Of a stretch of 64,000 nucleotides of DNA, positions 48,602 to 57,771 are shown piece by piece; within the stretch, counting starts at the first letter, position 1, and every line of letters begins with the position of its first letter. The position numbers and the translations under genes were made by a program. Source of the stretch: a virus. Its lineage: Duplodnaviria > Heunggongvirae > Uroviricota > Caudoviricetes. Location of the stretch: IMG/VR virus record IMGVR_UViG_3300033077_000655; one strand, written 5' to 3'. The notes under the pieces were generated by a model, which was given only the letters and a program-made list of their open reading frames with translations, did not search any database and was not told the DNA's origin.

Positions 48602-48688
48602 GCGACTGTAGCCGAATTGGTCTAGGCATCAGATTTAAAATCTGACGATTCCGAAAGGGTCTTGTGGGTTCGAGTCCCACCAGTCGCA
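48602..48688 (+). tRNA. tRNA-Leu (TAA), class II
   Basis: Perfect acceptor GCGACTG/CAGTCGC; anticodon arm TCAGA-TTTAAAA-TCTGA; long variable arm; T arm GTGGG-TTCGAGT-CCCAC. Confidence 0.85.
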
Positions 48689-48692
48689 CCAG

Positions 48693-48767
48693 CTGGCGTT
48701 AGTATAATGGATAATACAGGGGATTTCTACTCCCTAAATGGCAGTTCGATTCCGGCCAGTTGCACCA
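48693..48767 (+). pseudogene. degenerate copy of tRNA-Arg (TCT): 5' two-thirds intact, 3' acceptor does not pair
   Basis: Identical to the 50320 tRNA through the anticodon arm (GGGGA-TTTCTAC-TCCCT), then diverges (AATGGCAGTTCGATTCCGGCCAGTTGCACCA). Confidence 0.5.
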
Positions 48768-48783
48768 CTCATAAATAAATTAC

Positions 48784-50310
48784 ATGTACAATGCTATACT
48801 TTTTACAGATCGAACCGACAACATATTTGGATCGGTCACTATTGGGGCATTTAAATGTGCTCATGTTTTAAGAAAACACGGATACTCGTGTTTGGTAGTC
48901 AATCATTATTCAGAATATACACATGAGGATCTGGTTGAACTTGTTGATTTAGCAGTGTCAGATCAAACTATCCTGATTGGGTTTAGTTCTACATATTTAA
49001 AAAATACTCAAATACAAAAACAAGTAGGAGAACCCACACCACCATATCCTGACATTGTTGATGACTCGGTATTCCCGCAAGGCAAAGATTTTGAAAATAA
49101 ATTTTTTGAATATTTGCATAAAACAAATAGCAAACTAAAAATCATAGTAGGTGGTACAAGGGTAACACAACAATATTCTAACAGGAATATTGACTATGCA
49201 TTTATTGGATATAGTGAAATATCTATAGTTAATCTAGCCAATCATCTGACCACCGGCGAACGCTTAGATAAAAGCAGTAAAAATATATACGGTGTGGTCA
49301 TCGTTGATGATCGATTTGCTCCTGCATATAATTTTAATAGTGAAGATATGAGTTGGGAAGCCACAGATATAGTGAATCATCACAGTCTTCCTATAGAAAT
49401 AGGTCGTGGATGTATTTTTAAATGCAAGTTTTGTGCCTTTCCGATGAATGGAAAACAAAATTTAGATTTTGTTAAAACTGCTGATATACTGGAAGCTGAG
49501 TTAAAAAACAACTACGATAGGTATGGTGTTCGACATTATCACATTGTGGATGATACCTTCAATGACCATATTGAAAAATTAGAATCTATACGTCGTGTGG
49601 TTGATCGTTTGAATTTTCAACCGGTATTTTGGGGGTATCACAGATTAGATCTACTGTGTACTAGACCAGAAACAGTAAAAATATTGCACGATATTGGTGT
49701 TAGATCAATGTATTTTGGCATTGAGACTTTGAATGAAAAAGCAGGAAAAATAATTGGTAAAGGATACAACAAATCACGTCAGATTGACATGATTCAAACC
49801 ATTCGCAATCAATATTCTGACATCTCAATGCACGGAAGTTTTATTCTAGGATTGCCCGAGGAGAGTATTGACAGCGTGTGGGAAACTCATAATAGTTTAA
49901 TAAGTCAACAGATTCCATTGCATAGTTGGATGTCAAATGGATTGCACATGTATAACAACGATAAATCTACATACGTCAGTGAGTTTGAAAAAAACTTTAC
50001 CAAATATGGGTATGTTGATATTGGCACTGATAATGAATCTAATTCAAGAAATTGGAAGAACAATTTTACTAACAGTGAAGAAGTCAGAGTATTGGCTGCA
50101 AAATTTACCAACGAATCTCGACGGTTACCAAATTTTATGCTGCCCGGGCATGATGCATTGGCTTTGTCAACATATGGCGTTGATTTTGATATATCACGAT
50201 TTACCCCATATCATCAATTTGATTTCCATGCTGTAGAGCACACTGTTAAACCAAATTTTGATAAAGAATATAAAAAACAATTGTTGAATCTTATTCAACA
50301 TTCTAAATAA
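48784..50310 (+). CDS. B12-binding-domain radical SAM protein (paralog 1)
   Basis: GRGCIFKCKFCAF (Cx3Cx2C); N-terminal Rossmann-like domain; paralog of 50508..52154. Confidence 0.7.
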   Translation: MYNAILFTDRTDNIFGSVTIGAFKCAHVLRKHGYSCLVVNHYSEYTHEDLVELVDLAVSDQTILIGFSSTYLKNTQIQKQVGEPTPPYPDIVDDSVFPQGKDFENKFFEYLHKTNSKLKIIVGGTRVTQQYSNRNIDYAFIGYSEISIVNLANHLTTGERLDKSSKNIYGVVIVDDRFAPAYNFNSEDMSWEATDIVNHHSLPIEIGRGCIFKCKFCAFPMNGKQNLDFVKTADILEAELKNNYDRYGVRHYHIVDDTFNDHIEKLESIRRVVDRLNFQPVFWGYHRLDLLCTRPETVKILHDIGVRSMYFGIETLNEKAGKIIGKGYNKSRQIDMIQTIRNQYSDISMHGSFILGLPEESIDSVWETHNSLISQQIPLHSWMSNGLHMYNNDKSTYVSEFEKNFTKYGYVDIGTDNESNSRNWKNNFTNSEEVRVLAAKFTNESRRLPNFMLPGHDALALSTYGVDFDISRFTPYHQFDFHAVEHTVKPNFDKEYKKQLLNLIQHSK

Positions 50311-50319
50311 CCCAAACAT

Positions 50320-50391
50320 CTGGCGTTAGTATAATGGATAATACAGGGGATTTCTACTCCCTAGATAGCAGTTCGATTCTGTTACGCCGGA
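50320..50391 (+). tRNA. tRNA-Arg (TCT)
   Basis: Acceptor CTGGCGT/ACGCCGG; D arm GTAT-AATGGAT-AATAC; anticodon arm GGGGA-TTTCTAC-TCCCT; T arm AGCAG-TTCGATT-CTGTT. Confidence 0.65.
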
Positions 50392-50401
50392 CCAGCCAAA
50401 T

Positions 50402-50490
50402 GCCAGCGAGACTTGGAAGTCAGAGAGGTCTTATACGCCTTTTAGCCCCAGATTAGGGTTCTTGAGAGAGTTCGATCCTCTCCGCTGGTA
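50402..50490 (+). tRNA. class-II-length tRNA of uncertain identity (possible anticodon TAT)
   Basis: Acceptor GCCAGCG/CGCTGGT; T arm GAGAG-TTCGATC-CTCTC; variable-arm hairpin AGCCCcagattaGGGTT; best anticodon arm GAGGT-CTTATAC-GCCTT (two G·U pairs). Confidence 0.45.
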
Positions 50491-50507
50491 CCACACATAA
50501 GTAATGA

Positions 50508-52154
50508 ATGTTTAATAATAAAAAACCTAATGTTATTTTAATTACAGATTCTACTGATATAATTTCTTTAAACATTCTACTTGGGCCATTTAAAGTAGCA
50601 CATGTTCTTAAAGAGCATGGAATAGAAGTTGCAATGATACATCATGCATCAGCATTGTCATTTAAAGAAATAACTACTATTCTCAAAGAGATAATATCTG
50701 ATCAAACTTTGTTGGTGGGTATAAACAATTTCTATTATTCTTCCATTGAACTTAATAAAGATAATGGCAGTGATGGCATGACATTAAAAGAAATTGACCC
50801 AGGTAGTTTTTTACCTCATGGAAAAAGCAAAAATATTGAGTTAAAAACACTGATTAAATCATTGAATCCCAAAACCAAAATAGTGCTTGGCGGTGTGACT
50901 GCATTAGATACCAAGTACAACAAAGATTTTGATTATCTTGTGTTAGGATACGCCGAAACTGCAATATTGGATCTGGTGGATCATCTTAGGTCATCGTCTC
51001 CTATAGAAAAAAGTTATAAAAGTATCTATGGGCCAATAGTGCTGACAGACAAGGTAGCGTCTAGATATGATTTTTCATCATCCCATATGCGGTATGATCC
51101 AGACTGGTCAATACTGCCTGGATCAACATTTCATCTAGAATTAGGTCGTGGATGCATTTTTAAATGTGCATTTTGCGCTTATCCTTTCAATGGAAAAAAG
51201 AAAACTGATTATATTAGATCAAAAGAATCTATTCAGGCTGAGATGATAGACAATTACAACAGATTTGGTGTCACACGTTATTTGATGGGTGACGATACGT
51301 TTAACGACAACGTTGATAAATGCCGAATGATTTATGAAATATCCCAAGAACTTCCATTTAAATTAGAGTACTGGGCGTATTTGAGATTAGACCTGCTGAC
51401 GGCACATCCTGAAACAATAGATTATTTGTTTGACAGCGGCTTAAAAGCGGCGTTTTTTGGTATTGAAACTCTGAACCCCAAGACTGCATCTATAATAGGC
51501 AAAGGTGGCAATCGAGATAAAATGTTTAAAACTATAGCTGATATTAAATCTAAGTGGGGTGATTTAGTTTCGTTAGCCGCTGGGTTTATTTATGGATTAC
51601 CCGAAGAAGATTTAGATAGCCTACAACGCACAACTGATTTTTTGATCAGTGACCAAAACAAACTAGATCAGTGGCTAGTTGAAGCTTTAAACATACGCCC
51701 TACCGTTGATTATGATAATAGCTTTATCAGCGATATAGAAAAAAATTATGAAAAATATGGTTATAGTAAAATAGACAACCACACTCGTCCAGGTGGGTCC
51801 AATATAGGCACTGATCGCCGACGACATGCTATAGTCTGGAAGAATAAACACACAGACTATTACTCTGTTTTAAACATTACCGAAGCACTGAATGCTAGAA
51901 TAAAACCACACTTGAAAATTCCCGGCGATGCGGCTCTCCTGTTGAGTGGGCTAGGCATAGATTTAGACCAACTATTAAACAAACAACATGACCAAGTGCC
52001 GTGGAATAAACTAGATCAACTACATTTAAAAAAAGTTTTTGAGTATAAAAAACTCTTAGCTAAGAATTTAAATTTTGATATTAATCTCATTGACATGAAA
52101 ATTTTGCATCACAAAACGTACGGTAATTATCTCAAAGCAATGTTTGAAAAATAA
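50508..52154 (+). CDS. B12-binding-domain radical SAM protein (paralog 2)
   Basis: GRGCIFKCAFCAY; domain order as in 48784..50310. Confidence 0.7.
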   Translation: MFNNKKPNVILITDSTDIISLNILLGPFKVAHVLKEHGIEVAMIHHASALSFKEITTILKEIISDQTLLVGINNFYYSSIELNKDNGSDGMTLKEIDPGSFLPHGKSKNIELKTLIKSLNPKTKIVLGGVTALDTKYNKDFDYLVLGYAETAILDLVDHLRSSSPIEKSYKSIYGPIVLTDKVASRYDFSSSHMRYDPDWSILPGSTFHLELGRGCIFKCAFCAYPFNGKKKTDYIRSKESIQAEMIDNYNRFGVTRYLMGDDTFNDNVDKCRMIYEISQELPFKLEYWAYLRLDLLTAHPETIDYLFDSGLKAAFFGIETLNPKTASIIGKGGNRDKMFKTIADIKSKWGDLVSLAAGFIYGLPEEDLDSLQRTTDFLISDQNKLDQWLVEALNIRPTVDYDNSFISDIEKNYEKYGYSKIDNHTRPGGSNIGTDRRRHAIVWKNKHTDYYSVLNITEALNARIKPHLKIPGDAALLLSGLGIDLDQLLNKQHDQVPWNKLDQLHLKKVFEYKKLLAKNLNFDINLIDMKILHHKTYGNYLKAMFEK

Positions 52155-52168
52155 CATTTTCCAAAAAT

Positions 52169-52239
52169 GTATCCATAGTGTAATGGCAGCATCGCGGTCT
52201 CCAAAACCGTCAGTCTAGGTTCGAGTCCTAGTGGGTACG
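52169..52239 (+). tRNA. tRNA-Trp (CCA)
   Basis: Acceptor GTATCCA/TGGGTAC; anticodon arm GCGGT-CTCCAAA-ACCGT; T arm CTAGG-TTCGAGT-CCTAG. Confidence 0.7.
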
Positions 52240-52259
52240 CCAATCAAAGAAAGTAAATT

Positions 52260-52742
52260 ATGAAAAAAATGGACATGACTCAGGTTAAAGAATACATTAC
52301 TGCTCAAAGTCCAGAAACTGCGGTATATCTGGGCTGCGACAGCGAACGAGTAAAGATCAATGGCGTATGGTACGCAGACTATGCTCTGGCTGTGGTTGTA
52401 CACATTGATAGCTGCCATGGTTGCAAAATCTTTGGTGAGGTACAACGTGAACGTGACTGGGATCAACGCAGCGACAAACCTGCCATGAGACTGATGAACG
52501 AAGTATACAAGGTTTCCGAACTGTTCCAAAAGATGAGTGATGTGCTGGAAGATCGTCTTGTGGAAGTACACTTGGACATCAACCCTGATCAGATGCACAA
52601 GAGCTCAGTGGTAGTAAATCAAGCCATTGGTTACATCAAAGGCACTTGCAACGTGATACCGATGGTCAAGCCTCGAGCCTTTGCTGCCAGCTATGCTGCT
52701 GACAGACTGGATTGGGTGTTGAGCAATCGCCGAGCAGCTTAA
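52260..52742 (+). CDS. hypothetical protein
   Basis: ORF with an RBS; 160 aa; no clear motif. Confidence 0.4.
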   Translation: MKKMDMTQVKEYITAQSPETAVYLGCDSERVKINGVWYADYALAVVVHIDSCHGCKIFGEVQRERDWDQRSDKPAMRLMNEVYKVSELFQKMSDVLEDRLVEVHLDINPDQMHKSSVVVNQAIGYIKGTCNVIPMVKPRAFAASYAADRLDWVLSNRRAA

Positions 52743-53048
52743 CCAAAACAGTTGATCTCTATTGCTGTTTTGCATATAATTAGTTTTTGTCAGCGAAAGC
52801 TGGCAGGCAAGAATCAAGTAGATTAGAACAGACAATAGTTGGATTATTCCGACTCAGCCTTAACAGCTGAAACTTAAAATGGCCTCCGGGGAAACCTGGA
52901 TCGTGCTTGTGTGACCCGGTCCTATTATAGACATCTGCACTTTGATAACCGGACATACGCAGGCCACTGTGGTTTGTATTTTGCATGTTGCATATTGCAC
53001 CTTGCTCAGTCTGCGACTTGACTTGGGTCTTGCCACCCTTATTGTTTA

Positions 53049-53633
53049 ATGAAAGAAATTATGAAAATTAATCTACGTAAAGCCAACGCATTGCAACTGA
53101 GTGTTCAGGAAGCAATCAAAGGTATCAAATTTGATACCGAAGTCAAGATCAACGAATTTCAAGTGGCAGAAGATGTGATTGCCAAGGCACGTGAAGACTT
53201 TGCCGTGAAGCAAGAACGGCACCGTGGGCTGCTAAACAGCCTGTACGATATCCGCAAGGCAGTGAGCCAGGCTAATAGTGCCCAAGGTGTAGATGTCAAG
53301 CTGGCCGATGTGGCCTTGATGGACAAGAAGATCCAGTACCTGGCTGATCTAGCCGGCAAAAGTACACGTGACAGCGCAGAGGTTGTGGCCGGTAAGATGG
53401 AAAAATTGCGTAATCGCAAGGAAAGCAACAGCTCTTTGTACTACGGGCACGATGCCACTGTGGACACTTCTATCTTTACTCAAGAAGATATCACAGGATT
53501 CCGTACAGCAGTGAGCCTGGGCAAGAAAGCCAAACAGAAGTTGCAAGACGAATTGTTGGAGATCAATGTTCGTACCGAGATTGAGCTTGGTGCTGATGCG
53601 GTTACTGTGTTGACTACAGAAGGTCTTCTATAG
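53049..53633 (+). CDS. hypothetical protein
   Basis: ORF; predicted helical. Confidence 0.4.
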   Translation: MKEIMKINLRKANALQLSVQEAIKGIKFDTEVKINEFQVAEDVIAKAREDFAVKQERHRGLLNSLYDIRKAVSQANSAQGVDVKLADVALMDKKIQYLADLAGKSTRDSAEVVAGKMEKLRNRKESNSSLYYGHDATVDTSIFTQEDITGFRTAVSLGKKAKQKLQDELLEINVRTEIELGADAVTVLTTEGLL

Positions 53634-53898
53634 GCCCAAGCCTGTGAAGAATGTTTGTTGCTCGAGTTCTAAGTCTCATTGAGAATTCGGCCTCGGTCAA
53701 CACACCTTTTGCTAGATTACACTTACGGCAAGTCACTTGTAGATTGTGGTAAGTGGTTGAGCCACCTTTTGATTCAGGAACCACATGATCCATATGGATC
53801 TCAGAATCAGACAGGTCCTCGTCACAGTACACACAACGCAAGCCATCGCGTTCAATGATTCTGCGACGAAGATTCAATGGGATACGTTGTTTTAGCAT
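53614..53898 (-). CDS. HNH endonuclease (McrA-like)
   Basis: CVYCDEDL...HMDHVVPESKGG...NLQVTCRKCNLAKG. Confidence 0.6.
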   Translation of the reverse strand: MLKQRIPLNLRRRIIERDGLRCVYCDEDLSDSEIHMDHVVPESKGGSTTYHNLQVTCRKCNLAKGVLTEAEFSMRLRTRATNILHRLGPIEDLL

Positions 53899-53951
53899 GA
53901 CAACTATTTATTAGTCAACAGATTACGTATTTGAATATATAGTAGCATAAG

Positions 53952-54023
53952 CGGGCATGGTGCTAGTGGTAACACATATCCTTGCCAAGGATAAGTTGCG
54001 GGTTCGATTCCCGCTGCCCGCTC
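53952..54023 (+). tRNA. tRNA-Gly (GCC)
   Basis: Perfect acceptor GCGGGCA/TGCCCGC; anticodon arm TATCC-TTGCCAA-GGATA; T arm GCGGG-TTCGATT-CCCGC. Confidence 0.85.
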
Positions 54024-54171
54024 CAAAGCAGCGGCGAAGTCTCATTCGCCAGTATGAGTCACTAAGGTAGTCAACTAATCCTTAGGGCAAGCAATAGTAC
54101 ACGAATGCAATGAGATAGGCGGTAGTGATCTACTCACCGGGACGGGCCTCAAAACCGCATCCCACTAATTT

Positions 54172-54260
54172 GGAGAGTAATGCAGCGGGGATGGTCCTGC
54201 GACTGGCCTTGAAAACCAGGTTCTCAGAAATGGGATGGGGTTCGACTCCTCTGCTCTCCG
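54172..54260 (+). tRNA. tRNA-Ser (TGA), class II
   Basis: Acceptor GGAGAGT/GCTCTCC; D stem GCAG/CTGC; anticodon loop CTTGAAA; long variable arm; T loop TTCGACT. Confidence 0.7.
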
Positions 54261-54334
54261 CCAGACAACACGGCCCTGCCCTCTGTGTAACTGCCACTCC
54301 CAGAAGTTGTTGCATACGGTAGGGTTTTTCTTTA

Positions 54335-54406
54335 GGGCTCTTAGTTCAACGGATAGAATACGAGTCTTCGAAACTCAAGATGCAAGTTCGATTCTTGCAG
54401 AGCCCA
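54335..54406 (+). tRNA. tRNA-Arg (TCG)
   Basis: Perfect acceptor GGGCTCT/AGAGCCC; anticodon loop CTTCGAA; T arm GCAAG-TTCGATT-CTTGC. Confidence 0.65.
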
Positions 54407-54409
54407 CCA

Positions 54410-55273
54410 TCAATGTTGATTCATAATGTACCACAGTGGAAGATCGGATCCGTATAACTTCCATAGTGTTGAATAATACTCGTAAGATTTCAAGTGACAA
54501 TATATCTCTTGCGGAACGTCTAAGGTTGAAGAAAAAGGTTTTTCCACCAATAACGGAATATTATAAACTGAATCAGTTAGTCTAGAGAATAGTACATTTT
54601 CAACTGTTGCAAATCTAAAAAGTTTAGGACTGGCTGGGTTGTCGTCTGGATTATCAAGTATTTCAAAATTAAAATTTAAAGAATCTATCCAGTGTCGATC
54701 TAGTATTTTTTTAACGTAGCCACGTTTAAATAATCCAGCACCACCAAAATCATCCCATCGTCTTTTTCGCAATTGCAGAGTTGGTATTTCAAATTTGCTT
54801 GGATCATGAGCCAATACAGAATTGTTGGTCAATCCTGCTGACCAATTGTTAATACGTACCAGTTGTATACATTCCCACTCTTGAGGTAAATTATCTAGTA
54901 ATTCTTGCCAGGTAAAACTCCAGTGATCAATGCTTTCAAAACTCATGTCGTCATCGCAAAATATTGCATATTCTTCATTGGTGTTGTCATACCAATGGCG
55001 CATTGCAGTCAAGTAACTGATAACTGTGCCCGGATGGCTGAATCCTTGAAACATAGCAGCATGCTGGTGTGTAATGTCAGGCCATGTAATATTAACGTTA
55101 TGTGCAAACACAGTGTACCTGTTATTCAACCATATCATGTAATATATACCATATCTAGTCAACTGCTCATTCATGAACTCCATTCGAGCCACGTTTTCGT
55201 AAAGAGTGATATAATTTACAGCAGGGAAGTTAGTTAGCTTGGTCATAATGTAAGCATATTTATTTCCGTGCAT
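54410..55273 (-). CDS. hypothetical protein (possible GT-A-like, CDDD motif)
   Basis: 287-aa ORF on the minus strand, between tRNA genes. Confidence 0.4.
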   Translation of the reverse strand: MHGNKYAYIMTKLTNFPAVNYITLYENVARMEFMNEQLTRYGIYYMIWLNNRYTVFAHNVNITWPDITHQHAAMFQGFSHPGTVISYLTAMRHWYDNTNEEYAIFCDDDMSFESIDHWSFTWQELLDNLPQEWECIQLVRINNWSAGLTNNSVLAHDPSKFEIPTLQLRKRRWDDFGGAGLFKRGYVKKILDRHWIDSLNFNFEILDNPDDNPASPKLFRFATVENVLFSRLTDSVYNIPLLVEKPFSSTLDVPQEIYCHLKSYEYYSTLWKLYGSDLPLWYIMNQH

Positions 55274-55293
55274 ATTTGATGTTTAAAATATAT

Positions 55294-55365
55294 CTCTGCA
55301 TAGTTCAATGGATAGAACAAGTCTTTCCTAAAGACAAAATATCAGTTCAATTCTGGTTGCAGAGA
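55294..55365 (+). tRNA. tRNA-Arg (CCT)
   Basis: Perfect acceptor CTCTGCA/TGCAGAG; D arm GTTC-AATGGATA-GAAC; anticodon loop TTCCTAA; T loop TTCAATT. Confidence 0.65.
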
Positions 55366-55370
55366 CCACA

Positions 55371-55441
55371 GCTCTTATAGTATAATGGCAATACACGTCC
55401 TTGGTAAGGACGAGTTACAAGTTCGATTCTTGTTAGGAGCA
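55371..55441 (+). tRNA. tRNA-Thr (GGT)
   Basis: Acceptor GCTCTTA/TAGGAGC; anticodon arm CGTCC-TTGGTAA-GGACG; T arm ACAAG-TTCGATT-CTTGT. Confidence 0.8.
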
Positions 55442-55480
55442 CCAGTGCACCACTAAGTACACACAATCAAGGAGATAGTT

Positions 55481-55585
55481 ATGCCAAGTCCACGTAGAGC
55501 AAGTCAAATCCTCAAAGGTAAAAAACCACCAAAACCCAAGACCATGAAAGCCATGGCCAAACGTGTGGTACGAAAGAAAAAGTAA
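55481..55585 (+). CDS. small basic protein (34 aa)
   Basis: RBS aaggagatagtt-ATG; sequence MPSPRRASQILKGKKPPKPKTMKAMAKRVVRKKK; its stop overlaps the next start (TAATG). Confidence 0.3.
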   Translation: MPSPRRASQILKGKKPPKPKTMKAMAKRVVRKKK

Positions 55586-56814
55586 TGAGCAAACTCCTAT
55601 TAGAAATGGGTGATCACTGCGTAAGTGATTTTATCAAGAATGATAGTGAAGGCCTAGGCCGTAAAAAATACAGTCTAGACCTATACCAAGATGATCGGTT
55701 TGGCGCTGTTCGTCTTCACGGTGTTGCACCAGCAGATACCATGTGGGGTCAATATTGGTATCGCAGCGGTATCAACGCCAGCATGACTAAAGAATTGCAA
55801 GGCATTGTTGCAGAAGTAACTTCAAGGGTAAAGACCAAAGCCGGTGATATTTGGCTGGACATTGCATGCAATGACGGTACACTATTAAAAAGTGTGCCCG
55901 ATAACATGATCAAAATTGGTATTGATCCAGCCGACGACAGCTTCCGTAGTGAAAGCACCCGGGTTGCGCATGAAGTTGTTCAAGAATATTTCAGCTATGA
56001 TGCCTGGCAGAAAACAGGGTATGGGCATGCCAAAGCCAAGATCATTACTTGCATTGCAATGTTCTATGACTTAGATGATCCAGTTCCATTCATACAGGAT
56101 TTGTACCGTGTGCTGGATGACAATGGAACGTTGGTATTACAGATGAGCCATACCCCATTGATGGTGAAGCAGCTGGCATTTGACAATATCTGCCACGAAC
56201 ACGTTTACTACTATGATCTCAAGAGTATCACTAGACTATTTGCTGAAAATGGATTCAGGGTAGTTGATTGCAGTCTCAATGACACCAACGGTGGCAGCTT
56301 CAGAGTATATCTTCAGAAGGATGTGGCAGAAGTTTCTAGCTTTGCCACAGCACCCTTGCGTGATGTATGCAACTTTAGAGTCAATAGCATTCTTGCATAT
56401 GAAAGAGTAGAGAACGATATCACTGATCCCAAAACATGGAAATTGTTCGGCGATCGACTTGTTGTGCTAAAGGAACAAGTTGTTTCTTTTGTTCATCAGG
56501 CTGTGAAACAAGGAAAAACAGTTTATGGTTATGGAGCAAGCACCAAGGGCAATACACTGCTGCAATACTTTGGGCTGGACCATAATTATATCACTGCTAT
56601 TGCAGAACGCAGCCCTTACAAATTTGGCATGAAGACCATTGGTACCAACATTCCAATCATCAGTGAAGAAGAAATGCGTGTGGCCAAGCCAGACTACATG
56701 TTGGTATTGCCTTGGCACTTTATCAACGAATTTGAACAGCGTGAACAAGATTACTTGAAATCTGGTGGTACATTCATTGTTCCTTGTCCTGCATTTAGAT
56801 TGGTCACTGCATAG
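55585..56814 (+). CDS. SAM-dependent C-methyltransferase (NDP-hexose C-methyltransferase, TylCIII-like)
   Basis: WLDIACNDGTLL (motif I), IAMFYDLDDP, and a C-terminal YGYGASTKGNTLLQYF block typical of the C-methyltransferase C-terminal domain. Confidence 0.6.
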   Translation: MSKLLLEMGDHCVSDFIKNDSEGLGRKKYSLDLYQDDRFGAVRLHGVAPADTMWGQYWYRSGINASMTKELQGIVAEVTSRVKTKAGDIWLDIACNDGTLLKSVPDNMIKIGIDPADDSFRSESTRVAHEVVQEYFSYDAWQKTGYGHAKAKIITCIAMFYDLDDPVPFIQDLYRVLDDNGTLVLQMSHTPLMVKQLAFDNICHEHVYYYDLKSITRLFAENGFRVVDCSLNDTNGGSFRVYLQKDVAEVSSFATAPLRDVCNFRVNSILAYERVENDITDPKTWKLFGDRLVVLKEQVVSFVHQAVKQGKTVYGYGASTKGNTLLQYFGLDHNYITAIAERSPYKFGMKTIGTNIPIISEEEMRVAKPDYMLVLPWHFINEFEQREQDYLKSGGTFIVPCPAFRLVTA

Positions 56815-56817
56815 TCT

Positions 56818-57771
56818 ATGAACAAGATAGTTTTTTTCAATTTCTTCCATAATGGCGATTGTTTTGTCACTAAAGAATATGTGAGAGATATAATTTCAAA
56901 GTTGCCTGAGATTGAATTTGAATATGCACACAACAATCATGACAACATAATATGTGATTTAGATTGCAAACATGTGCCAATAACCAGTATGCCAGATCGA
57001 TTTGATCTAACATATTATGGCATGCCTGATCAATCAGCGCCTATTCCGTATCACATGCCCATGTTGGTTGATACATTGACTGACACAGTTTACATCAATA
57101 CATGGGTTGGGAGTTTTCAGGATCTTCCCAAATGGGGCAGGCACGCCAATTTTACAACTTTTCCACATATGTGGAAGGAAATATATGACTACTTGAAAAT
57201 TCCAATGGTTGGTGACTATACCTGCTATCAGCCTGAGATACGATTTGACCAATGTAATATATCACATGCTCAAAAATATCTCTCGAACATAGGTCATGCA
57301 CCATTAGTTGTGTTCTGTAATAATAATGTTTTGAGCAGACAGAGTGATATGGGTGATATGGAGAAGATCATTGACAATATCTCTTCACAGTTTCCCGATC
57401 ACCAATTTTTGGTCACAGACAGAGTCAATGTACACAAATCAAATGTGAAATATTCTGAAGATGTGCTCAACGGGATTGTGGGAAACTTAAATCAAATTTC
57501 ATACATAACACATGCTGCCAAACTGATTGTTGGAAAGAACAGCGGACCATTCTCATATGCTCACACTAGATCAAATATGACCGATCCACACAAGACCTTC
57601 ATGTGTTTTAGCAAACAGATAGCTGAGTGTTTGATGGGCGGTGGCGAATACTTGGCAAATAGTTATTTTAGCAACAGTACAGATGATACAGTAGCCAGCG
57701 ATATTATCTCAAAATTAATCTCAAATCCAATCCGTAATCCTGTAGCCAAACCTACGCAATACATATCATGA
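56818..57771 (+). CDS. hypothetical protein
   Basis: ORF within the sugar-modification gene run. Confidence 0.4.
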   Translation: MNKIVFFNFFHNGDCFVTKEYVRDIISKLPEIEFEYAHNNHDNIICDLDCKHVPITSMPDRFDLTYYGMPDQSAPIPYHMPMLVDTLTDTVYINTWVGSFQDLPKWGRHANFTTFPHMWKEIYDYLKIPMVGDYTCYQPEIRFDQCNISHAQKYLSNIGHAPLVVFCNNNVLSRQSDMGDMEKIIDNISSQFPDHQFLVTDRVNVHKSNVKYSEDVLNGIVGNLNQISYITHAAKLIVGKNSGPFSYAHTRSNMTDPHKTFMCFSKQIAECLMGGGEYLANSYFSNSTDDTVASDIISKLISNPIRNPVAKPTQYIS

